From Azolla caroliniana (lineage: Eukaryota > Plantae > Polypodiophyta), in contig JBHGNT010000013.1 of assembly GCA_043228905.1 (NCBI GenBank), positions 12,710,001 to 12,774,000 on the forward strand: a stretch of DNA of 64,000 nucleotides, in the 5' to 3' direction. The translations under genes and the position numbers were made by a program. The notes beneath the pieces were generated by a model. That model did no database searches and had not been told where the DNA came from. It saw only the letters and a program-made list of their open reading frames with translations. Shown piece after piece: positions 11,760 through 24,884 of this stretch (position 1 is the first letter of the stretch; the number at the start of each line of letters is the position of its first letter).

Positions 11760-13199
11760 ACGCGCGCAATGCTCTTACTCAACACATTCCTTGTATACAG
11801 AAAACAAGAAAAGAAAGAAACACAACCGACACCTCCCGAGACATCGTTACGCACAACCTTTTATATATATATATGTATGTGTATATGTACATGAACCATA
11901 CGTGCATTCGCATTCGCTAATGGTTCAATCATTCGCATAAGAAAAACACCCTCAACAAATGATAAATACCATACTTTTGGATTAACTATTTATTATGAGG
12001 TAAATAAGGCTAAAAAATGGGAAAAAACCAAAAACATTAAAAAAATAGGACAAAAAAAAGAAAAACATGTCAAATGTTTGAAGAACATTCACATTCTTTT
12101 TCCAATGTAGGAAAATGAATGTTATGCCAGAAAAACACGAATTTTACGTACTATGACATGAACAACAGATTACAACTATGGCTTCGAGTTGGACCGAGTA
12201 GACCAGATTCCATCAACCGTCTCCAAGAAAACCACAAGTCGGGGAGCTCCTGGGCTCGTCGCGTCAAGAGGCCTTGCAAAGAAGATAGAGCAGAAATCGA
12301 AAAACTCCACAGAGCATATACGAGCTCAAACAGAACCAAACCCTAAACCAAAAATGGAACCCCAAACCCTAACAGACAAATGGTAAGCTAAACAACAGAG
12401 ACAAAACAAAAACCGACAAAACCAAAAATGGGGGACTAACAAAACCGAGGAACCCTTTCATAAGAGAACCCTCCCTCCTTTAATAGCACGAGGGGGGTAC
12501 GTTACAAGTTGTTCAAATATCCCCCTTTCGAGGGGATATTTGCCTCAATATGTGAAGCGATATGTGAAGCGATGATTGATGGGAGTACATTCAACACCCT
12601 CACTTTCACACCGCACTATGTATGCAAGTGCACTTATGACAATTATTAACTGTATCGGCACCCTTTTGCACCCTTCACTTTTCCCCATTTATTTCTATAT
12701 ACATTTCGAAGTGTACATGTGCACATGTTGCACATCGCCGATTTTGCTCGTTCCATCCGGTTTTCTCACTGTTGCCAGAAATCTTCACGACATCCACCCC
12801 CACCAAACCGCACATCCACCGAAATGTGCCAAGAAAAGGAAGAGAAGATGGGAGATTTTGGCGAAGGTATTCAACCGGGTCCTCCGTTGGCCCGACACCT
12901 GTTTGCTACATCGGTTGTTGTCAGTCTCGAACTATCGATCTCCGGAACGACCTTGTCCTCGACCGGGAGCTCATCTACATTGTTATCCTCATCTCTCCAT
13001 TTCAAGCTCATCCAACCTCTCCACCCGAACCACTGGCTCTAGTTGATCCACCATATTCGTCGGTGTTCGTCGAACCATCAGCGCCACCAGATCCTGCGCA
13101 CGTCTTCGTCCGTTTCTTCAGTCAAAGCATATCTCCCGAATGTTTTTGACGACCCGACCATGCTTCCTTCATTCTCCACGTGTGACCTTCGTCCGAAAA

Positions 13200-16100
13200 T
13201 GTTACGGGCATGACCATATAATATCCCGTGGTGAGAATTTACCGTAGTATTCTATACACGTGGATAAGTGTGAGGGTTAAACGAGAGTGTAAAGAAGGGG
13301 AGGATTACTTTTAAATCCTCGGGATTGAGACAACCCATTAGGCCAAGTGTGAACATGGCTGGGGGCCTTGGGTATCATTATAAATAGAGGCCTAGCTACC
13401 CTCATTTCATTATCTTGTTGACTACGTCGAGACTCTGTCTTGTGGTGGGTCAACTCTTGTAGCGAGTGCGCCAGCACCAGGTACGACTCGACGCCATGGC
13501 GGTGGTATGGGATGCCGATCAAGGCTCGAGTCCGTCTCGATCCCTTCACTCGGGGGTGTTTGGGTGGATCCGCACCCTTCTCTCTCTCTCTCCTTTCTTT
13601 CTATCTACCTAGATCTATCCTTATCTAATGCTTACTTTAGTACATGTCTCTAATATTTGGTATCTAAGCCAATGTACTAATGTTTCTTTTGTTGGTTTTA
13701 TCTTCTCGATGGATGGTGATCGATCGTTGTGCGGTTGGCCTTCATGCAGACAAGGATCAACAAGGAACTTCGGTAATCTTTCTTGTTATTTTTTGTCTAT
13801 TTTTTCTTCTCACATCTAATCATGTGTATGGTTAATATGTAGATTATTTTCATTAATTAAATGATGTTGTAGTGGTATTTAATTGGTTATCTAAAACGCT
13901 TACATATGTGCACGAGGTCAATACCTCGTTTGACATATAAATAATATGTGATGAGTGTCGTATGCGTACGAGGTTAATACCTCAATTACGTATTACGTTC
14001 ACGAACATATGTTACGTTTGCGTATGAGGTCAACACCTCGATTTTGTTGTAAATGATATGCGTTTGGTCTCGTATGCATAAAAGGTCAATACCTCAATTG
14101 CGTATTACGTTGAACCCTTATTTTTTGATGTCTCGTGTGCGTAAAGGTATATGCCTCGATTACATATCTCAATTACGTCATTTTTGGCTATTAAATATAA
14201 CGATTTCTTTAATATAGGCATATGTGGTCACGTGTATACGTAATTGATCGTATATATGTGATAATATACATATGTGTATATAAGTTATTACGTGACTTTA
14301 AATCGAATGTTTTCCTTTTCGGGGAAAGGTTCTTGGTGGCTGTCCTCACATTTTTGTGAGAATCGTGTTGTCACCATCCCTTTTTTCAACAATTTTTTAT
14401 TGTTGAAATCCCCGTTGGTGAGTTCGATATTTCATTACGTAAAGAAACGTTAATAGCCATAATGATGTTGAGTACGTAGGGTTTGACCCTCTTCATGTGA
14501 GGTCACTCTTATGACACACGTATCCAACATCCCTCCCTCATTACATGGATACGATGCCACCATGAGATCATTCTTATGAGAGGCATTCGTAATGACGTGA
14601 CCATGTGATGGGCCACGTGGGCCTACTACGAAAAGAGGGCTCATTTCGCTTGACCATTAGGTTACACTTTGGTGTATGCCATCATAATTACGAGACTTGA
14701 GATTAGGTAACGCACCAACATAGTTGTAGTAAATGAGGGCGAAATAAGGACTCTTGACATATATGTTTCTTTTAAAAAAACATATATGGGCAAATGCCTC
14801 GCATGAAACATTAAACATTCAAGAAGAGCAACTTACTTGAGGTCTCGAATGTTTAATGCATTCGTTCTCGAGGTCTCAAGTTCAAATATGACCAAGACCA
14901 TACAACATCATTGATACATATGACTATAACACATGTTTAGACATGAGGTCTAAGTGCAGTTCGGGGTCCTCATAATAGGACTTAAAGAGCCGAAACCACA
15001 TATGTGGGCACTGAAACATAGTTTATTGTTAACATTTTTTTCGTGTATAAACTATTCATGACGCGAACATACATGGTTGAGCCTCGGGGAGCCGCCATGA
15101 AAAAATCGATATAGAGATCAGGGAAAGAAATTAAATTGTCCCCCCCATGGTTTTTAAAACACCTTTGTGTTACCATAGTAACCTGATCTTGAACCTCATC
15201 TCATACGTCTAGAGGGGTATTGACGTGAGATAATGATATCGATTAATGTTCGCCCATGATAGGTTTACATCACGACATGATGTTATGACTATCTCTCTGA
15301 TCTTATCCTATTTCTTTTCCAGAAATAATCATTTAATGGCTCAAAATAACGACCCGATGTCCTCCGCTCAAGCGGAAGGAACTCAAGGGAATCCTCCTGG
15401 ACAAATGTCCATTGAGATGAATTTTTCGCAAATAACCCAATACCTTAGTTTCATCGCTCAACAGATGACCAAACTTCGGCGATCTCAAAGGCTCTCAAGG
15501 CACGTGTCATTAGTCTACAACGTGAGACTAATAGACCTGATGAGGGACAGGGTGAACCATCGTTTTTCGTTAAGCCATTTACGGGAAACAAAAAGGAAAG
15601 AACCGAAGAAGCAATCTGCACGTGGCTGGGCCGATGGGAGTCTCATTTTGAGCTCTATCCCATGCCAGATAGTACGAAGATTGCATATGTCGGCCGAGAA
15701 CTAGCGGGTAAGGCCGCTGCCTGGTGGCATGGGCTCCGTACTTTGGGGAAATTGCCCGATACCTGGACAGATTTTGTCACGGTTTTTAAGGACCAATTTT
15801 TGCAACCTCCCTCTCGAACCAAGGCAGCACAAGCTTTAATGAACCTCTCTAGTCAGAAGTTTTCCTCGCTAGAAGACTATGTCCACCATGCTAGAACCCA
15901 AATCCAAAAATCGGGTCTAGAAGGGGACAATTAGTTAATAGCTTGTTTTGTCAATGTCATCCCCAATTCGGACTATCATTAGATAGTGCACGATAAGGAT
16001 CCAAAATCCTTCGAAGAGGCCGTTAAAATAGTTCTTCGCTATCAACGCACTTTGAAGAAGGACCACAACAAACCCAATGAAGCGCCCGGGACTAAGCAGT

Positions 16101-19100
16101 CGCAATTCGTTGGGAAACGCAAGACACCCAACGAATTCATGGATCGTGATTGTAAGCGACAACATCCTTTTTGCGTATTCTGCAAAAAGAAGGGTCATAC
16201 AAAAGAGCGATGTCGAAAGCTCCAACGGAAAGAGCACGACAACAAAGCTAAAGTTGCAGACCATAAAGGTCAAATTCCTAATGTCCTTCATGTCTATACA
16301 CATCATTTAAGTAATTGTCAATGTTCTTTCCCTCACTATGTATTGGGTCCCAATGATTTGCTACATGCAAACGGGTATATCAATGGATCTCCCGTACAAT
16401 TTTTATTTGATTCAGGAAGCTCACACAACTTTGTGAATGATTGTTTGGTTCAGATATGGGGAATCCAACCCACCGTAAGTGATCACATCTACACGATGCA
16501 CTTGGCTGATGGAAGAGTACAATACATCAACGGGGTGATTCATTCTCTAGGAATTTCTATTGACACTTATATAGAGGAAGTAGACTTCCATGTAATGAAT
16601 CTTTGTACCACCGATGTAATACTGGGTTATCCCTGGTTTTATAATAAAAACTCTTCTTTATCTATTGATTGGGTTCATCATTCAATTACATTTGTACTGA
16701 ACGATTGTACTCATTTTATTCAATGTGTCAAAAAACAATCCCTCTCGATTGTTTCCTCATGTCCATCAATATCCGAGTTGTCTTGTTCTACTCTATTTTA
16801 TTATGTACTTGATTCGGACATTCACGTTTACAATATCCATAATCTCTCGGTTCAATTAACATATTTTGAACAACAACTTGATGAAATCTTAAATGATTTT
16901 CATGATGTTTTTTCGAGTGAACTTCCAGATGGCTTACCTCCTAAACGTAATATAGACCATCGTATAGATATAGTACCTAGTGTTGCACCAATAAGTATAC
17001 CTCCTTATCGCTTAAGTCGATCTAAAGAGGGTGAGGTATCTAAGCAACTCAAGGACTATTTACGAATGGGTTATATACGTTATAGTAAATCTCCATGGGG
17101 TGCACCAGTTCTCTTGGTTAAAAACAAAGAGGGCACATGGCGTATGCATATTAATTACCAACGCTTGAATAAAGTGACGATCAAGATTCGTATCCCTTGC
17201 CCCAGGCTGTCGATCTAATTGACCGTCTCCAGGGAGCTCAGTATTTTACGAAACTTGATCTCTGTACTGGCTACCATCAAATTCGTATAAGTGAGGACGA
17301 TGTTCCTAAAATGGCATTTCGTACGCGCTATGGCCATTATGAGTTTTTGGTTATGCCTTTTGGTTTGACCAATGCTCCAGCTACATTTCAACAAGAAATG
17401 AATGACATTTTCCGTGAACAAATTGGCAAATTTGTCGTTATTTGCTTGGATAATATTTTAGTTTATAGCCATACATTACAAGAACATGCTAAACATGTCT
17501 GCTTTGTTTTACAAACATTGCGTGATAAACAGTTTTATGCGAAGATCTCAAAATGTGAGTTCTTCAAGAAATCAATTACTTACCTTATTGCGAAAATTCC
17601 TTTCGTAATTACTCCCAATTGACGACGCCGTTTACTGATCTTCTAAAAGGTCAAATGCGTAAGTCTACAAAACCTATTGTTTGGAATGCTACACTAGACC
17701 TCACCTTTAAGGAACTCAAGGACCTGGTATGCAAGGCTCCTTCACTTCTTTTACCCGATCCTTCAAAACCTTTTGAGGTTGAAACTGATGCAAGCAATTA
17801 TGTTGTAGGTGTTGTCTTATATCAAGATGGTAAACAAATAGCATTCGAGAGTAAGAAACTTGATTCTGCTCAATGTCAATATACCGTTCAAGAAAAGGAA
17901 TTATTTGCAATTATACATGCGCTCAAAACATGGCTCCATTATCTTTATGGAAATCGCTTTGTGGTAGCTACGGACCACGAGTCCTTGAAATATTTTTGTG
18001 ACCAACAAGACCTAAAAGGTCGTAAGGCACGATGGGCTGATCTCATTCAGGACTTTGATTTTTCCATACGATATCGTAAAGGTTCCGTGAACACTGTCGT
18101 TGATACACTAAGTTGTATCCGTGAAGTTAACATGCTTAGCTTCACTGAAATAACATCAGATCTTTATGATCACCTTCGAGGAAAGTATCTTGATGACAGT
18201 TATTTTGCAAAATATTGGGCAAGAGTTGAGTCTGGAACAGACACCATCACATCCTCGAAGGAATACTTCCACATTGCTAACAATGTGCTCTACCGTAATG
18301 GGAAGGTTTGTGTTCCAGATTTACCCGAGGTCAAAAAGATGATTCTTTTTTAATGCCATGATGCACCCTCAACAGGGCATCCTGGAATACATCGTACACT
18401 CGTTCTCATCTCCACTCAATTTTATTGGCCTAAGATGCGCCCTGACATACATAGCTATGTGACTAAATGTCACGAATGTCAGGTTAACAAAGCCGAACGA
18501 CTTAAAGCCGCAGGACTAACGCATTAGGTCATCAGCTATCATCTCGCTCTTCCCGATGGTGTTGGAATTCATCCAGTCTTTCATGTGAATCGTCTAAAAG
18601 AACTTCTAGGTTCTGGCACAATACAGTTACAATTGAAACTCTGGTTACTTCTGAAGAATTATCTTTTAAACCACATGTACCAGAAAGAATTCTCAATGTT
18701 AAAACAAAGAAATTACATACTAAAGAAATCCGAGAATTTAAAATAAAATGGATGGATAAATCAATAAAAGATGCCACATGGGAACGTGAAAATACTCTCA
18801 GAACTAACTTCCCTAACTTTCCATTGCAAGAGTGCAATGTTTTAAAGAGGGGGAGTATGTTACGGGCATGACCATATAATATCCCGTGGTGAGAATTTAC
18901 CATAGTATTCTATACATGTGGATAAGTGTGAGGGTTAAACGAGAGTGTAAAGAAGGGGAGGATTACTTTTAAATCCTCGGGATTGAGACAACCCATTAGG
19001 CCAAGTGTGAACATGGCTGGGGGCCTTGGGTATCGCTATAAATAGAGGCCTAGCTACCCTCATTTCATTATCTTGTTGACTACGTTGAGACTCTGTCTTA

Positions 19101-19313
19101 TCGTGGGTCAACTCTTGTAGCGAGTGTGCCAGCACTAGGTACGACTCGACGCCACGGAGGTGGTATGGGACGTCGATCGAGGCTCGAGTCCGTCTCGATC
19201 CCTTCGCTTGGGGGTGGTCGGGTGGATCGACACCCTTCTTTCTCTCTCTCCTTTCTTTCTATCTACCTAGATCTATCCTTATCTAATGCTTACTTTAGTA
19301 CATGTCTCTAATA
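13200..19313 (+). mobile_element. Ty3/gypsy chromovirus D, degenerate, with the integrase core deleted
   Basis: 456-bp LTRs at 13200-13655 and 18858-19313; PBS tggtatctaagcc 13658-13670; gag with [14 protein letters not shown]; protease [11 protein letters not shown]; RT ([24 protein letters not shown]); RNase H (ETDAS); integrase HHCC ~18350-18480 joined to a chromodomain (PERIL..FKIKW..DATWE ~18670-18800); PPT 18845-18855; TSD gaaaa/ggaaa. Confidence 0.93.
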
Positions 19314-19729
19314 GGAAACCCAACCACTTTAACTACTTGTCGGATACCATCCTCGGTGCCCCTCATCTATGCCCATTTCGACCCATCCACTTCCTCAGTT
19401 CAGCACCGCCACGGGCCGAACTTCGTCGTCGATCTCCCCCAACCTTATCACTCAGCCCTTACGCGGCCACATTGCACGTCTTTCATTTCGCTCTGCTTTG
19501 TGTACCCTTTCGGCAAGGTACACTGCTTCCCCGACTTCCATGTCGGTGCTCTCCATTACGGTGTCCTCCATAGCCTCTGACATCGCCGCTTCATCCCGAG
19601 GAACACCCTTATTGTCCGACTAGCCCACTTGGCCTCCATTGTCTACTGTGACGCTCTGTCCGCTTCTTTCGGCGCCTTCGTCTACTACGACCTTCTAGCC
19701 TTGCTGCCACCCTCCGTCCTTTGCTGATA

Positions 19730-21722
19730 CGGATGTGTGGGGAAGATAGTGGCCGACCGAGGGGAGTTGGATGCGCACGAAGCAACGGAGCTCTTCGAAC
19801 GACTAGGTGTGAAGCTCTCCCTCACGACTGCCTACAATCCGGAAGCGAATGGGAAGATCGAGTGAGGGCATGGACCTATCTTCAAAGCCATCGTACGGGT
19901 ATGCAACGGTCAAGTCGGGAATTGGCCACAACTATTACCCTATGCCTTGTGGGCCGACAGAACACACACAACTCGGTGACATGGTATATGTCGACAGAGC
20001 TTATGTATGGACAAAAGCCTGTAATGCCCATCGAAAGGACGATCGCCTCATGGGTAGCGATACCGTGGGAGAACGAGATGAGCCGAGAAGAGTTATTAGT
20101 GGTGCAGATAAGGCAACTTGAAAGAAGACCTAAAGATCTAGAAAAAGCGTGAAAGATGATGGAGGCAGCCCGACTAAAGAACAAAGTTCGGTTCGACAAC
20201 ACGCATTGACTTCGTCCCAAGAAGATTGAAGAAGGAGATTGGGTTTTGGTTGACGACAACAGCCTTGACAATCAACACAGTACAACAAGAAAGTTCGTTA
20301 GAAGATGGTTCGGGCCGTATGTGGTGACAAGTGCCAACGATAATGCCACATACCACCTTGCGGACCTAGACGGATCAAGGTTGGCCATACCCATTGCGGG
20401 AAAAAGAGTAAAGATTTTCAAGAAAAGACAAGACGAGGATCCTGACCTCGATCACCTCGACGATGAACATAATAGGACGGATGTAAATGAAGACATGGAG
20501 GAATCTGATTGATCACCGTAGCCGAAATTTCTCTTTCTCTCTTCTTGGCACGTACCGGAGGACGTGCGGTTTGGTGGGGGTGGATGTCGTGAAGATTTTC
20601 GGCAATGGTGTGAAAATCACATAAAACGTACAAAATCAAGTATAAATCACATAAAACAATAATAGTGAAGATAACATTTTAAATAAGTTTAATATCTAAG
20701 TACAAAATGATGGAGGTCTTCAAGAGCTTTCGAATGCACTTTATTACACGAGAAACGGACAACTAGATGTCAAGATATGAGGGTATAAAGTTTGTGAAGG
20801 GAAAAGAGAAAATTGTGAGATATCCCACATAGGCACGACAAATACGGCTCTCATCATATATAAGGTAGAGCAAAAGCTATTATCTTTGTGTCTATGTGTG
20901 AAATATAGAGATTTCAAGGTAACTTGAACTAAGAGTGGAGGTGGCCTAGCTACTCGTAAAGGTTTTTGGCCAACCAAAACCGGACCAGCGATGGAGCCAG
21001 TGATCCGGCGGCAGCCGGGCAAAGTGACCATGGCACACCGGCAACCGGCGGAACCGACATCCGGCGCCGGCCACCGGTAACCGGCGGCATCCGGCGAGGC
21101 GAGGCGACGACCACCGATAACCGGCAACATCCGGCGAGGCGAAAACCACCGGTAACCGGCGACAAGATAAGTAAATATATAAATATATATACATATACAA
21201 GGAGGTCAAGTAAGGATTCGAACCTTGCACCCCCAAGTTAGGAGTCAATTGGCTTACCACTAAGCCAAGATATTTAATTGAAATTATATTTCTAACATCG
21301 TACTTTTACATGTAAATTCTTATGCATGAGAGCTAAAATGAGTGACATGGTTATCATGCACCACATGTAATACACAAGCGCCAAATGGCAAACATGCATC
21401 ATATGCATGGGGGCATCTATAAAAGGATAGATGAAAATGTATTATGGATCCATGTATGAATGAAGAAATTAATGAGAAGAAAATTCATTGATGATATATC
21501 TTGTTTCTTAAATCAAGAGTTAAAATCTTAATCTCAATATCTCTCTCTTGGCCATATCAATCTTTCTCAATCTAAGTCGAGCGTTTAATCTTAATCTCTT
21601 TCTCTCTCTCAATCTATTCTAAATACTTTCTCGCTAAGCTTGGTGCGAACTTCGATCCTTCCGGTCCAGAACCCCGGCGGCTCTGCCTCGCGATCCGCGC
21701 CTAGTGACGGATCTTCACGACA
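19730..21722 (+). mobile_element. 3' fragment of autonomous-type gypsy element E (integrase core and C-terminus, PPT, 3' LTR), same family as A and C
   Basis: YGCVGKIVADRGE..TTAYNPEANGKIE..LPYALWADR..RRWFGPY; PPT ggtttggtgggggtgga; LTR 20585-21722 with perfect 12-bp inverted termini tgtcgtgaagat...atcttcacgaca. Confidence 0.88.
21205..21270 (-). promoter_or_regulatory. tRNA-like Pol III A/B-box module inside the LTR of element E
   Basis: Minus strand: A box tggcttagtgg (21257-21267) within D-arm gctt-agtggt-aagc; 32-nt spacer; B box ggttcgaatcc (21214-21224) within T-arm aagg-ttcgaat-cctt. Confidence 0.7.
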
Positions 21723-22021
21723 CCGGTGTTACCAAACAACCGGAACTAACATGGATAATAATAATAATATTTAAAAAAACGTAGTCATCATACAAAGGCA
21801 AGGAATGAACGGACACCTTGAAAAGGTGTGTAGTGGTTATTTAAAGCCTAGTTAAAGCGCACCACGTGTCACACAGTGCTATTATAGTACACGATGTGCA
21901 TGCACGGGAATCGAGGAAGGCGCCAAGCATGGGAACAAGAAACCCCTGCCTCGTAGAGTCTCTTTCATTTTGCGAACACTGAGCACTGAGCGCACAAAGG
22001 ACAATACAAGTGAGCAGACGA

Positions 22022-24884
22022 ATGCAAGAAGCACAGACAAACAAATCGGGCCTACCTACCACCGCAAAACCAGAAGATGAGATGGAACCTATGGCACTCT
22101 CCGAAACAGCCAAGATGTGGTTCAACCAACCTGGGTTGGAAGCTTCCTGAGGATAGTCGAGGCACCGCCGCACGACGAAGCCGAAGAAGTTGTGTAGAAA
22201 ATTGACACGGAGATCATAACGAAGGAAGCCATCCGCGCGCTAATCGGACTACCATAAGGGGGTATCTACTCGATCGAGAACCCTTCTCCCAAAACACTAA
22301 CCAGGTTTTTTGGCGAGTATTCCCTCGCTAGTAAGACTCACCGAACACAGGGCGGTGAGGACCTCCTGTTCAGAGAAATGGCTCGGGTCCTCCACGAGTA
22401 TGGGTTCGTATACCCCTGACCTCCGGCAATGCCAAAGAACAAAGTCAGTTTCATCATTGCTACGTACACAAGGGTGCAAGTGGATTGGTCGGTAATCATC
22501 GTCGATTGCTTTCAGATGGCGATGGAATCAGTGCAGAACGGCAAGAAACTATGGATGGCGGTGGCTCAGTGGCTAACTCTGTTGGCGCCACTCTGTTGGT
22601 AAGGACAAAGAAGTGGGTTCGAGTAACAGGGACCATGCCCAACAAACCTTCAAAACGGCAGCAACTCCTGGCCAAACACACGCCCGGATGGAAAGAGGGT
22701 AGTACGTCGCACCAAGGGAAAGAACAACCTAGTCGGAAGAGGCAAGCAGAGGCAGAAACATTGGTGGAGCCACCAGTACGGCCGTTGAAAATCAAGTTGC
22801 GCCGACAGGAACAAGAACCAGACCCCTTGGCAACAAAAATCAATATGAGGACCCAAGAGGAGGAGGCGGAGGAAGACCCCGTTGATAACCTCCTACATCG
22901 CCAGAAGCAGAGCGACGCGGAGAAGAAGAGGGACGAATCGGGTCCGGTGAAGGACAACACACCGACACCTCACTCTGAGGAACCAGAGCCAAGGAAGGAG
23001 GCGGAACCGGTTCAACCAAAACCGATGGAAAAGTTACCTATACGGCAAAAAGCAGTAGTGTCGGTGGTCACGAACCGGTGATTGAATTGCCTATCTCACC
23101 GGGCCAGCAGACACAGCAAGAGCAGGAGTTGTCGTTGTAGTCAACAGTCCCAAAAGGGTTTCTAGCGAGAGTAGAGGCCACGCCACAACCAGAACCGGCA
23201 CGACATAAAGGCATCGGCAGTCAATGGCTATGGTGGATCGGCAAGCAGGTGGCCGAGGTTGTGTGCCAAATAGAAATGGAGGAGAGAGCATAGGGGAACC
23301 GGTTGTTCGCTACAACCAAAGAACATGAGAAGGCCCAGTCAAGGATCCGGAGCATGGAAGAAGAAATTGTGCAAACCAAAGCAGAGGCGGCTAAGCAGGT
23401 CACATAAGGACCAAGACTACGAGAACCGATGACTCCGGGGAATGAACAGACCGATCAGGTGCCGCTAATTGGAATAGCACTGGGTGCAAATAAGGCACAG
23501 GAACAAGAACTCATCACTCTCAAAGAGGAATTGGCAGCCCAAGAGGCCTTAAGGGCTAGAGAACGAGACTTGAAGAAGGCGGCGGAGGAAGAACAACGGA
23601 AAACGGTAGAGCACCTCTGAAGAGCTGAAGAAAATTTACGGAAAGGTCATCAAGCATATGACCAATCAAAAGAAGAAAAAGACAAGCTATTGCAAGAAAG
23701 GGAGAAACTCCGACGTTTGGCGGAAGTCGAGATTGAGCAGCTCTAGGAAGAACTCCGGCAACAAAAGGACCAGGAGGACCGGGCCCGACGCCAAATCAAC
23801 CAGAGGCTGAAATAGAACCAGAGAGGATTTTGACAGGTTGCACCGAGATCACAAGCACCTAGAGGCGGAACACAAGAAATTGTTGGCAGAAGGTGACCGG
23901 CAGCAAGAAAAGATGCAGGAACTCTGGGATGAAGTCCACAGGACGGCGGCAGCATTAGCGGAGGAAAGGACCAAGGGAGTCGAAGTGGCAAAGATGCTAG
24001 CAGAAGCGGCAAAAGACAAACTGGAGCTTACCCTCCAGCATCATGAGGAGATGGAACGAGTAAAGATGGCTCTGAACAGAGTTCAGACGACTTATCAAAC
24101 GCAACTGATGCAATATAAGGGACAAGCTGAGGCAACCACGATCCTCATAAAACAATTAAAGGATGAAAAGCAAGCAGCAGAGGAGAAGTCAAAGATGGGA
24201 CTTGACCATATCCGAGATATTGTATTGACATGGAGGGACTGGACGAAGAAGTTAGTCGAAGAAAGTGCAGTACAGTGGTGGTCCAAATGGGCAAAGCTGG
24301 CAGTCGAGTTGCAGGTCTTGCAAGCGGACGCAGAGAACCGGCAAAAGGACGGCGATAACTTCTACAAACTTGACGCGGAAAGAGTTGTGACCATACGGGA
24401 GGAGTTAGCGGATGACTTCCTGTCCTTGGCCGGAGAGCAACTAGTGGCAGTGGGCCGGCTAGTGGAACAGCTGGATGATGACCAGCTGGATACCCAACTC
24501 CAGTTCGAGCGTTACGAACGAGAGCGGCGACAGAAAATGGAGCCTAGAAGAACGGTGGCAATTAACATTAGTGACGAGGAGAAATCGTCGAAGCAAACAC
24601 CGAATGCAGCCGAAACCAAAGAAAGCCAGACAGAAGTCGCTCAAGAGGACCATCCGAAGGTAGTCGACCCAAAAGAACCAGTCCAAGCTGGCCATCAGGA
24701 GCAGGAGGAGCCTAAAACAGATGAGCCGGAGGCGGAAGCCCGGTAGGGACTAGAGTCGGAAGGGATGGAAGCCGGAGAGCAAGAGCAACAGCGACAGCAA
24801 CCACAACAACAAACGGAGCAACTACCCGAGGAACCTCTAGAACCCTTGGACCAAAGCATTTTGGACATTTTGACAGACGAGTGA
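22022..24884 (+). pseudogene. Degenerate ~950-codon retroelement-associated extra ORF: globular N-terminal domain, charged linker and long coiled coil
   Basis: Contiguous frames broken by stops and frameshifts (ORFs 22485-23081, 23429-23620, 23838-24746). N-terminal IITKEAIRALIGLP...VDWSVIIVD; E/K/Q/R-rich heptads. Followed by TATA ctataaaagg (~25164), aataaa, and an LTR-like end gataaca at 25431. Confidence 0.6.
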
